Part shown: positions 28,839 through 41,000 of the stretch, one piece after another | Layout: the number at the start of each line of letters is the position of its first letter | Numbering within the stretch: position 1 is the stretch's first letter | From: Balanoglossus misakiensis | Lineage: Eukaryota > Animalia > Hemichordata | NCBI GenBank assembly: GCA_040954595.2 | Contig: CM082579.2 | Span: 368,922 to 432,921, forward strand | Direction: 5' to 3' | Length of the DNA stretch: 64,000 nucleotides | The notes under the pieces: generated by a model | Databases searched by the model: none | The model's input: the letters and a program-made list of their open reading frames with translations, nothing else | Told to the model about the DNA's origin: nothing | Made by a program: the position numbers and the translations under genes

Positions 28839-30957
28839 ATGTCACACTTGTTTTCTGCACTGTTGGTATATTTATCAACACATTCGGTAAGTTTTACAGG
28901 TAGTTTTTTCCTACGGCGCACGATGACATATTTTGTAAGACCCGCACTTCTTGATAAGACCATTAACATTATAGAAGTTTCTGTCTGTGAAGAATCAGAC
29001 CTTGTGACGCATGGACAGACAAACAACTCGGGACACTTTTCAATGCAATGCAGGTGTCAACCCTGCAACGACCCAACACTTTACTTGTACATAAAGCTGC
29101 CAATTCTCAGAAATAGGGTCTCTGGTCGTACACATTAAGGGTAGTCTGTTACCGCCGAACATGCACTCACTTGCAAAACAGGACATTCACAAGGCATTAT
29201 CTTACTGTGCTTTGGTTCCGTCTTGAAGGAGGAACCAAAAGTTGTATTAAGTCGAGAGTTCTGCAGGACCATGGGCGTGGAATCAAAACCATGACGACAC
29301 AATCAAAACTCGTAATGAATATAAATATTGTTTGAAGTACCGTGGAATATTAATGTGATTTGTGTCAAACAATGTTTGGTCCTTGGCAAAAATTAAAATG
29401 ATTAAGTAGGTGTTCTTAGCAAGTTGCGAACTTTCATTAAAATCAGCCAATCATGCATGTGCCTTTGGTTGTTTGCGCTGACATGTTATGTTGTGATCCG
29501 GGTTGTGATGTTGGCGTCCTGCCAGTATTACCTTTGTAATACTGCCTGTTAAAATGTGGTATCACAAAATTGGCATATTCATTTGTTTTCAGCTGACACT
29601 AAACAAGAAAGTTATAGTTTCGGTTTCATTCAACTGTCATTTGCATTTTTGGTGGGAACCCAATCATGCTTACTCGAGTGTCTACTATTTTTGAAATGCA
29701 AAGGAAATACCTTAGCTTAGATGCTTTGTTCGTGGAGTGAATTGTGCTATAGAATAAATATTCCATTCACTTAATATTATTCAGGTGTTGACTGCAACCT
29801 TGAAATGTGGAGGAAACAGTCCCAAGTATAGAACTACCGGGATATATGGTGAAGAAACTTGTCAACCGTGCAGCAAATGCCCGCCCGGTTTTTACGTATC
29901 CAAAGAATGTACCGAAGACAACGACACAAAATGTGATGCATGTCCCGAGGGGACATACTCGAAATCCTGGGGTCGTTCTACCGAATGTCAGCCATGCAGG
30001 GTATGCTCACAACATTCTGAGATTATCAGAGCATGCACAGCAGAGCAGAATACCAAATGTTCGATAAAATGTGACTATGGTCAGTGTTTAATTTTGTTAA
30101 TTTCGTTTTGTTTTTTATTCAGAGTTGAAACCACTACTTTGCAATGGCATGATGAGACCATGAATGAATGACGGTGAAATTAAATTTGGAATAAATGTAG
30201 CGTGTAGTTACTGGACGTTCCGGATATTACAGACAAGGAACTTAGATTTTTATTTTTCTTAAAGGATATTATATGAATAACTTGGTTGACATGTGTTACC
30301 CATGTTCACCGTGCTTCACTGATGACCAGGGCTACGCTCCACCTCGAATCGCTGATTGCGTTGCCATGGGAATGCCAACAAGTCACCAATGCATGCCTAC
30401 TAGATCTGGAACACATTATGGAGCAGACATCTTCACTGATGACGACAGTAAGTCCTAACAAAATGTCAGACAGAAATATGGTGGAGGCTACGATTTCGGA
30501 ATTGTAGAGAAAATGCATCAACAATGATGTCGTTCGTCGTTTGCCGTTCTTCTTTAGATCAATCGATACATTTGTATTTTTAAGACATGCAAATTACAAT
30601 TTATCAACAGATACCAATACTGATTCGATGACTTCTGAAGAAGTTGGCACCGAAATGAAGATGTTTGGACTCGACACCACGAAAGAAAACCCCCAGAATT
30701 CGAGTTTATTTCTGTCATTTCAAGTAGTCTCTGGCGAATCCGAGAATATTGTCATTATTCTTTTTGTAGTTGTTGTAAGCTTGATACTGGTAGCTTGTCT
30801 TGCAGTTTTTCTCATTGTTCGATGCAAAAGAAAGAGATCGTACTCTCCATTGATTAATGATAGCATCCCTGTCGATGACATCCATTTCGACGACGAGAAA
30901 GAAAATATTCAAGCTCAAAAGCCTAGCAATGTAAAGGAATACAAGTTTACTGCGTGA
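28839..30957 (+). CDS. TNF receptor superfamily member B, about 290 aa, no death domain; paralogue of A
   Basis: Exons 28839-28886 (signal peptide MSHLFSALLVYLSTHS), 29785-30079, 30265-30447 and 30611-30957 (TM IVIILFVVVVSLILVACLAVFLIV, 45-aa tail). Total 873 nt in frame. Same intron phases (0,1,1) as A, and shared KCGGxSPKYxTT, PCSKCPPG and QCMP motifs. Confidence 0.87.
29616..29629 (+). promoter_or_regulatory. ISRE/IRF-type motif in TNFR-B intron 1
   Basis: AGTTTCGGTTTCAT matches AGTTTCNNTTTCNY; motif match only. Confidence 0.3.
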
Positions 30958-32445
30958 ATACGGAGCAAATTATTCGATTATCAGTGATACGCTTGGGATT
31001 CCGAATGAGAGGGACGGCAAACCAGAAACAGATACGTCACAAATCTTCTCTGGTGATTAATGTCACTCAAGAATGATAATATGGGTGTCATTCGTCGAAA
31101 AGAGAAAATGAGTGTCAAACCTTCATCAACAGGCAAATGACAATTTCGCCGAAAATGAGGATAAAGTTGAAAATCCAAGACTGACTGTGTCTACAACTAA
31201 AACACGTTTAAACTTTACTATTTCACTAATAGATTACACCATTCTTATATGTGAATACTACGTATACTGCCCTATAAGTTTGTTGTGTTCAATTTTATTC
31301 AATAACCACTTCCGTCCAAAATATACCATGTCTTTATGATTTGCTGTGGTTTTGAATTTTAAAGATTGTATTACTTTGCATACATTCCAAGCTCCAAAGG
31401 TTTTGACAAGGCTTTGATACTTATACATGTATATCAGGTCAACAACAGTACTATAACTCATTTGACATGTAAATCTTTAATCGAATGACAGGGAATTTCT
31501 GAACAAAATGCTCTTTTGATCAAGATTGATCTAGCAGAGTATTTTAATACAATTTCCAACATTCCTTTGTGATATTCAATACTTTTAATAAAAAAACTTT
31601 TTGAATATCTCAGATTCATAATTCTTCCGGAATGAGTGTTTGAAATCAGCATCAGATGTTTTGAACAGCTTCTGAGCAGTTATTGTAAAACAACTTCGCC
31701 AGGTGATACCCATCCACACACAACTCTCTTTTCATGCCCTATATCACAACAGGCATCACAAGATGCTGCAAGACGAACACACACTTTCTAAACAAATACT
31801 TTAATTATAAAAATTCACCAGTACAATGTTTGAAATGGGCAAATAGGACAGGCCTGGCAGGAACTGGTTGGATTATAACAGACATACCAATACTACAAAC
31901 CCTCTTACTCTGTTTATCAACAAGAAAAAACACAATCACCACTCAGAAGTAAAATCAACATATCCACATTGCAACTTCAACCATTGTTATATTATCAAAC
32001 AATGAAAGTTTCTCCCAGTGTGTATATGCGCCACTTAGTCCCCAACGGTTCCAAAAAATAATTACATCAACCATTTTATTTCCATCCAGTGTTTATAATG
32101 GAAATCTGGTCATTGTAAAGGTACAGCTGCAACTTCAGATATATATTGATTTAGTGTATCTTTTACAAGTTTGCTACATGACACACATTTCAAAGCACCC
32201 AGTATTCAATGTGTTAAGTCAGTCTGTATATGCACAGTCTCCACTATCGTTTTCATTTGAATTTTGTCCAGATTAAAATTCAAATATTGAAAACAATGAA
32301 TTATGTCAGTAAAGAACACAAGAGTATTGAATTGTCAAATATCAGGAGTAGAATAATAAACTCTTGTTGATACACAAGTATTATATCAAAAGTAACGGCT
32401 GATGTGTTTAAACTACATGAAATGCTGCTTCCTTCTTCAAAATAC

Positions 32446-33939
32446 TTAGATTGGTTTGATCTTGAAGTGTAAACCAATTAATGAAAACACCAGACATTTG
32501 AGATCTTGAACTAAATAGTAGAATGTACGTAAACCTTCTGCATCTCTGTAAAATAAAAGAAAAAAGACAGTAATTAGACACTGCAAGGATGAAGCAGAAA
32601 ATCATAATCACATATGGGCTGCTTGGCACATAATTCCCACAAGATGTTAACTTCAGCATATGTCTGTTTCCATTTCTTTGCCGATTTGTGTAACTTAGAC
32701 TGGTGACTAAAACTCCTTTGAAAATAAAACTGATTATAATATCCACCAAAGAAAATACAAACAATGAAAGACATCAAGACATTTGATTTCTTCAACAACT
32801 TACTTGCATTGGTTGACATCAATCAATGATCCAATTTTACTGGTTGTGAAGGAAATGTGTTCATCACCCATGACTATTTCTAATTCTTGTCTGCCAACTC
32901 TGTCTGGTTGAGGCCAAAGGGCATCATCTTCTTGCAGGATTTCACTGTCTTCAATGATTCTTTTCAATTCATCGATAACAGCTTTGTGTACAAAAGCCTG
33001 GACAAGAAACAATAATGATGTGTGTTAGCATTATATTAAGATTCAAATTACTTTCATTTTTCAAAAACAATCGAACAACTGCAAATCAAACCCAAACCCA
33101 AACCCGAAGAGATACAAATTGCTTGAGAAAACCATTTTCATTAAGGATAAATCAATTAATGATAGCTAACAATATTATAGTCATGTTTTTCTTACCTCTT
33201 TCCTTATCATGACATCATTTTTGTAATTTGAATTATTTGCGTACCTCAGTTTGCCTGCGTGAAGGAAGAGAAAACTAACTTATTGACAGTCTTACCACAC
33301 TCAACAAAGCTAAAGGCCAGGCATAGTGATGCCAAAACACTACTTGTTATAATTGTGTATGAAAAGTGTTCATTTGTGAACACATCAATACATTATCCCC
33401 GTTGTACAGTAATCAGGTCAGAAACCGTGACTGAAAAAGTCAGTCATCAACTGAGGCCTGGTCATTGTAGTCAACTGAGAAAGTTACACAGAAACCGACA
33501 ACCAATCACCGACGTCGGCGTGACGTTGACATGTTTACACCGGACTCGACTCTGCTTTTTTCGACAAGAATCGGGGTGGCATCGTACAGATTCATTGAAT
33601 TACAGTAAACGTTCCACCTTCCGAACAAAGGGTATGGGGCCACCAAATGTCGTGTTGCACCAGTCCCAGAGCAATGCAACTTGCAAGCGTACTAAGAACG
33701 CCGGTGTTTTGTGTTGGCATTTTCACGTGTCTTCATTGATCGATCACCAGTGTACTGTGTAGCGTCAAACCTGACGTTCCTTTCGAAACTAACGCACATT
33801 TCGGAGTCTGACGATGTTATTAACATGTTTATCACAACACATAGAACTCACCGTCAGGTCTAAACTCAAATTCAAGGAATTCGTGACCAAATTTCCCCTT
33901 GTGTCCAACGTAGTATCGGAGGTAAAACTCGCTCGCCAT
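32446..33939 (-). CDS. MAGOH: Mago nashi, exon junction complex subunit, 146 aa
   Basis: Exons 33852-33939, 33196-33254, 32804-32997 and 32446-32545 total 441 nt. Translation: [43 protein letters not shown]...[18 protein letters not shown]. Confidence 0.98.
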
Positions 33940-34512
33940 GATGCTTTTCCGCTTTACCCAGAAAGCTTTGCGCGAAAAGCACACCTAAGTTTACTGATTT
34001 TTACTTTTTTTTAAACCCTACAACATTGAAAAATAATTACCACGTTAATATTTTTATCCTTTGTCTTTCGTCTATACTGTAGCTTCTCAGTTGTATTTGA
34101 ATGAGAATATAGTACATGGCGGTCAACTTATGACGTTTAAGCGCTTCAACTTTCAAAAGAATATTGACACCCTAACTTTACAACAAAATGTAACTTTACA
34201 ACAAAACAGTTTGTAAACACTTCCGGGTCCGTGTGATCGCATAGACTTTGGATGGAGCAATCGAGTCTCGCTGTGTGGTGATACCTGTCTCTCAACAAAA
34301 ATCAGGTTTGCGAGTGTAATTTAGCATGACGATTTGATTGGAGTGTATCATGGGCATGTCATCTAAGAGAGAACCGTCTGAGATGTAGTGATCGCAACAC
34401 GATGGGATGTGGATGTACTCGGTAAATCACCGTTGTTTGGATGTACAGTTACACTTACAGTAGTTACTAGTACTTTACTACTCGAAAGTTGACTTTGCAT
34501 GGCAGTAGAAGA
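33940..34512. promoter_or_regulatory. Bidirectional promoter of MAGOH/INPP4
   Basis: 573 bp between divergent ATGs. Contains a YY1-like ACATGGCGG (34114-34122), an ETS motif ACTTCCGGG (34219-34227) and a 16-bp direct repeat TAACTTTACAACAAAA (34173 and 34191). Confidence 0.6.
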
Positions 34513-34706
34513 ATGAGATATAACGCACGTGAACTCTCACAACTGGCGATACAGCCGCCAAAATATTTTACAAAGGAGGGTTCCCTCTTTATGAAAGAGT
34601 CGCCATCTGGAATAAGGAATGATCTTTTTGGAAGAAAGAAAAGTGATAGTGAGTATTCAGTAACATCCCTCTATTCTTTTTATGTTCTGGACAAAAGATG
34701 ATGATA

Positions 34707-34789
<83 letters not shown>

Positions 34790-34812
34790 GGTGGTGGTGG
34801 TGGTGGTGATGG

Positions 34813-34861
<49 letters not shown>

Positions 34862-34884
34862 GGTGGTGGTGGTGGTGGTGATGG

Positions 34885-34936
<52 letters not shown>

Positions 34937-34959
34937 GGTGGTGGTGGTGGTGGTGATGG

Positions 34960-35008
<49 letters not shown>

Positions 35009-35031
35009 GGTGGTGGTGGTGGTGGTGATGG

Positions 35032-35074
<43 letters not shown>

Positions 35075-38000
35075 ATTTACCAAAAATTAATGTCTATTTC
35101 AATCCATCTTTATTCTCTCATGTGTAGCCTACGTAGAACGATGGTGTCGCATTCGGAGCAACATGATGTTTTATTTCAAAGGGAAGGACATGTTGTCAGA
35201 ACCATGTGGTGTGATTGTCTTGGAAAGAAGTAATGTTATAGAAACCAATGAAGAATCCCTGGCATTTGCCTTTATAATTGGTAAGTTATATTGAGATTGA
35301 AAATCAAAGATAGAATGTGGTAGAGTCCCATGATGTATAGGGATAAAAAGAAACTTTCCCTGCATTTCCAGTCTAAAGAAGAGATAACAAAATCAGAAAG
35401 GACCAATGTGTCCTAAATACCATAGCATAGAGTACCATAGCAGGAAGTAAATTTGTTTACAACTCAACCTCCATTCCAAAAAAGAGAGCCAGACATATGG
35501 GTCACTGGTAAGTTGACCTGAAGATAATGGCACATTAGAATGACAAAAGTAAGTGGGACATACAGTAAAACAGGATATTTTCACAAAGACATATTTTCGT
35601 GAACTTCACGAGAGCTAGAAAAACAAGAAAATAAATTGTTACAAATTTTGACAATGCAGTTAGTGAAATATGAGAACACAAAAATTAATTGTTGATATCG
35701 CAAAAAATTCTCTTCGAGAAAGTTTCCCGTTTTACAGTATCGCTCTACTTATTTCCTTATGAGGCACACTGGCACAAAGCCAGCATGACACACCACCAAC
35801 GAGAAAATTCTCTACATGCAAGAAAACATTCAATGTAAAAATATTGGGTAGACTGAAGGATTTAGTTGTGTACAGGCATTGTGCGACCTTCTACCTTCAG
35901 GGTTGAAGTTCAAGGAGTGTTTGAGCACTGTCAGTACTAGATTGGGTCCCCAGGACTGGGTCAATCTACAGATATCACTTATCAGGCTCATTAAATGAAA
36001 ATGTATAGTTTGTTGGAGTTCCCACATAGTATTTTAAGAGATTAAAATATGTGGCAATGGGGATAACAAGCACAAGCATTGCCGAAAGTCATTCACAAAA
36101 ATTTTTTTTAATTCACTGAGCCAGACTCTTTACCACAAGAAAAACTTAACATATGAATTATTGTAATGTGCAATTTCATCAGGTCAATGCCACTCTTTTT
36201 ACTTTAAGTCTGTCAGGGCAGTCAGAGCAGAAACTGTCTGCTCTGTCATACAAACAACTAACCCATAAGTTCAGGCTAGTGGATTTTTCTCCTTTGTTCC
36301 TGTACAGGTAAAATATTAATTATCCATAATAATTTGTGCCTGAACAATTATCGCTAGTGTGTTCCTTTGTGGATTGCACCAATACAATAGGTGTGAAAAA
36401 TTAATATTTCTAAGAGGATTATTATCAAATAGAATTTTTTTGTTGCAGTATTGAATTCGATATTCCTTCACATTGTGATATCTGATAATCATCAATCAAT
36501 TTGCAGTGTTTCCCCAAGATGATAAATTCCAGTATTTAGCAGCTCATACCTCAGAACAGAGGGATGAATGGATGGCTGCACTTCAACAAGCCACATACGA
36601 AGGTCTGCGTGAACATCTGTTTTATCTCCGTCGTGCTCTCATTGCAAGGACTGGACGAGATCCCATGACTATGGATCAACATGTCGGACAAGTTGATGTG
36701 GTGCCTTCCAGTATTAGTGGAAGTGATCACCATCCGGATGAACCAGTGCTGGAGATGTCAGTAGGTAATGAGCAGTTATATACACCAAGGATTGGATGAA
36801 TAGCCCAGGTTGTTGCCATGAAACAAAGCTGTTCAAATAGTACTTTGTTGCAGTTGTTTCTATTTGACTTAAAAAATAATCATTACAGCTTATATGGCTT
36901 TAAGATAGATTAGACCAAATATATATGCCTGCGTGCCCTGTAAATCCAAGAGGTATGTGACATTGTTGTTTTTTTTCTTTCAGCATGTAGTGATCTACCA
37001 AGTGACATGGATGGCCAGCCACCCACAACATTTGTGGCTATCAGCATGATGACACCACCACATCAGACATCGTGGATACGATGTGCACAGACAGAAATCA
37101 TTCAGGTAATCAAATTGGAATGGATTTCAGATATATGATTCAAACTCAGTAACCAGACATCATTGCTGGTATTGAAATTTCTTGTTTTAATGTGGTGCTG
37201 CAATACCTGCACATTATTTTTTCAATAATAAGAGAGTGTTTATTGAACAATCTTCTGTTTTCAATTTTCAGAGAAACAGTGATCCTCAGTACTTGACAAC
37301 AGTGGCATTCAATAACCCTAGGGATATCACCGTGGTAACAAGATTCAAAGGAACTGTGTATGATGTCAGAGACAGAGCACATGGCAAGGTTTGAGACCTT
37401 TTTGTATATTGTTGCCATTGCTCCAGAGCTCAGTAACGTTACTACTCTTAAACAGGAATAGCTGCAGTATCGGAAGTTAAACTTTGACTTCAAAATGATG
37501 ATGAAACCTTTTACATATTGCTGTGCCCCCTTTCTCTCCCTCCTCCTCTCTCTCTCTCTCCCCGCTCTCTCTCTCATTAGATGATACAAATTGGACAAGC
37601 TGTCTGTACTATGAGAGAGATTGTGACATCAGCTGGTAACACCAAAACACTACAATTGGTATCGATGGGAGGCCATGAAGTGCAAGTTGGAACTCTTACT
37701 CTTCTACTTTGGGAGGTAACTTTATTGCATTAGATTCAACATCAAATTGAAAAAGATAAATGATCGCATTATGAATAGATAAGGGAGATATTAACATTTC
37801 ATTTTCTATCATCAGAAAACTGTGTGACCAGAATAACTTTCTTTTTTGAAAATTACAAATTTATTACAGATAAAATTTGTACCAAACTTATCATCCAACC
37901 CTTGTCCATCTGGCAAATGCAGTTTCCATGTTATCATTAATGTGCTGTGTTTGTTTGTTTGCTTTGCTTTGCTTTCTACAGCTACCACCAGATCAGAATC

Positions 38001-41000
38001 ACCCTCAAAGTTCATTGGAGCAGGTAAACAAGCTTTCATTTCATTCATTCATTTATTCAGTGCACAGCATTATAAATCTTGGTTCTCATCAGAAGTGACA
38101 AACACAAATCACTTCAGTTGTGCGTTAGTTGTATCAAATTATATTCAAAGAAGTACTTCCCTTTCTCTTGACCTTTGCTTCAGTTTCATCTTTTGACATG
38201 TCAATAATATGTTCCTGATCTAAAAGTCAGCCCAGATTTTTCACAAACAGTTCAAATTAATGACAGAGTGAGCTGGATTCAGATATAAATTATTATTATC
38301 TGTATTCTGTCGAAACTCTTTTGAATCAACACTAAACTATCAGTGAAAGTGATTTTATTGACTTCCTTGTTATAAAATATCAACATTGAATTAATTGGAG
38401 TCTATAACACCACTTCCTCTGTAAATCTGAAATCCACACAAACAAGTGTCATCAAAACTGCCAAAGTTCCATAAGGTCAAAAATTAAAACCTGATGTAAA
38501 TGTTTGAAAATATGTCACAGAGCTCTTTACATTTTGTTTGCCTGCCTGGCGTTTATGGAGATCAGTTCAACTTCTGGCAGTTGTTGTACCCTTTGATCTC
38601 TTGACACCCCCCTGAAAAGACAGTTAGAAAGTGGTTTCTTCCTTGTTGGCAACATTCTGGAACTGTACGGACAATGTGGACAGATGATGTCAGTCATGTC
38701 TTGTTTGTGTTACCCTCTGCAGACAAGAACCACAGAAGATGGACATCTCAGAAGAGCCAATCAAACAAACACTGAATTCCAACCCCAGAAAAGTGTGTTT
38801 AAAAAAAGGTTAGACAGCATTAGCAGAGACTCCATGCTGAAGATGGTGTTTGTGAATTCCATGACCAAATCCTACAGACCAACCACAGAGGATCAACAGC
38901 TTCCTGTGCAAGAAATCATGGCGGAGAGTATTTTTTCGTTCACCCTACCCAAGTTACTGCTGTAAGTAACTTTACTATGAATATTCACTGAAACCTTAAT
39001 GTATAAGTGGTCCAGTCTGACCCAGTGGGTGACAGGTTTGGGTGGGGGTGGGGGAGCCAGTAGGATGTGTGAAATGACAGGGAAGCAGGAAACAACTGTA
39101 CATTAATCATGCTGTGTAAAACATAATGCTAAATAAATATAACTACTAGATTGGTTTCACATTTGTCACCTATTTTCCTCTTATAGCAAACTTTTCATCC
39201 AGGAAGACCAACAGCGGAATTCTCAGTTGTGTGAGCTGGGGGAGGTAAGTGTTGCCATGGTTTCTTATCCATGTTAAAAAGGAGGCAATCTTCCATTACT
39301 GGTGTCTCAACCTTCCTCTGTCATTGTCTTTGTATCTTGCTTATTATGAAAGTTCTGTCACTTCCAAAATCAATGGTGCTCTACAGGCCTGCAGCTTGAC
39401 TTTGAAGTGATCTCAATATGACCCTACATTTTAGACTAAAGGAACTGCTGTCAGGATCCCCCCCCCCCCCCACACACACACACATGCACACACACTGGGC
39501 TGTGTGTTTGATGACACTGTCTTGTATTTTTCTTTGCCAGTTGAAGGATCCGTATGAAAACATGAGAAAAGACATCATGGATGAAAGGATCAATCGAATA
39601 GACTCTTACTTGGATGCAATTGAGACATTGAAAAATCACACTGGTAAATAGCACTGCATAATTACTCAGCTATAAGCACATAGTAGGAGAATGATATAAA
39701 AGGATCAACATATCCTGGGATTCATATTCTGGGACAACCACTTTTGTTTGCATACAGAAGTAGACTTGCTATACTGGTGGTATAGCAGTGAATACTTGTG
39801 TAACCCTTTGATGAAGGTAGAACCACAGTCCCGCCGTAGATTTCACATTCCTTGCCAACAGGAAATTCATAATTCTTAAAGACTTTTCCATGTCAATATC
39901 TCAAGTGATTTGAAATTTATCCTATTTTCAGGGTCACACTTCAAACGCAGTGTAGACAAAGGCGATAAAAATACAGAATTTGTTCCGCTTAATTTGCATT
40001 TACAACGAATGCGGGTGACCAGGGGCAGAAAAGGTAAGAGCTTGTCGTCTGATTCAAACCAAAATTGTGGAAAATAGAATGAAAGATGGAGATATATGAT
40101 TGAAATGTGATTTTGATGTTGACAGAGATGCTCTTGTTCACTGAATATGCTTGGTTGGGGAATGTAATTCTTATAAAATTGAACTGATCATCTGTTTTCC
40201 ATTTCCCTGCAGAAGATTTCTATGACTTCATCACAGTTGGAGCGTTCACTGCATATGCCATGAAATATAAATCTGGAGGTCTGAAGAAAATGCTGCATCA
40301 CCCACTGAAAGACAGTACCCCAAGGTATTCTGCAAGTACAGCAACTCACATATCAAATAATATTTACAAGGACATTTTATAAAGAATTTTTTGGACATAT
40401 TTTGAAATCTTCAAAACTTTTTTTCTCCACGCAGTACACAGCCCTCAGTATCTTCACTGCTTCAGAAAATTGAAGTTTTGGAAAGGAATCTTCATTCATT
40501 GCAAACAAAAACAGAATGGTATGCCAACCAAATCAGAGCCTTTATTAAGAATCAATCCAGACTTAGCATCGTTGATTCAGTTTCTACATACTCGGATAAG
40601 GTAAGATTGGTGATGTGATAATAATGGTGGTGGTGGTGGTGGTGGTTGAGATAGACAACTCATAATTTAAAGACTTCTCTGGCATTTATTAACTCTGCAC
40701 TTATATAAATTGTGACATTGGTAGAAATCTGTCTGAATGATCATGAGTCATGTACGACAATTTGATATTATCAAACTAAAAACTCGACTTGTATGTAGAG
40801 AATTTCTATATCTCCTGAAATCAGACAAAAATGCATTTTCCCACAAAGGAATGTTTAGTTTTGGAAGACTACGTATCAATTAAATGTTAGGTCATATGGG
40901 GTCCACGAAAGTAACCACAGAAAGGAGTTGCATAATTCACTGTTGAAACACTACTTCTAACTTTTTCACTCTCTGTGATTGCCTGTTGTTTTCTTTTAAC

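Noticed and set aside
29512-29558. miR-200/miR-8-like sequence TAATACTGCCTGTTAA in a small hairpin in TNFR-B intron 1
   Set aside because: The stem has only 9 good base pairs with a 4-nt loop and poor outer pairing, which is not pre-miRNA geometry. Small-RNA reads would be needed.
33259-33762. 167-aa + strand ORF
   Set aside because: Antisense to MAGOH intron 1, non-ATG start, no domain features.
34589-35233. Long poly-Asp/Gly, poly-Met/Val and poly-Ile/Thr ORFs
   Set aside because: These are translations of the intronic GAT/GGT satellite; flanking INPP4 exons splice around it in frame.
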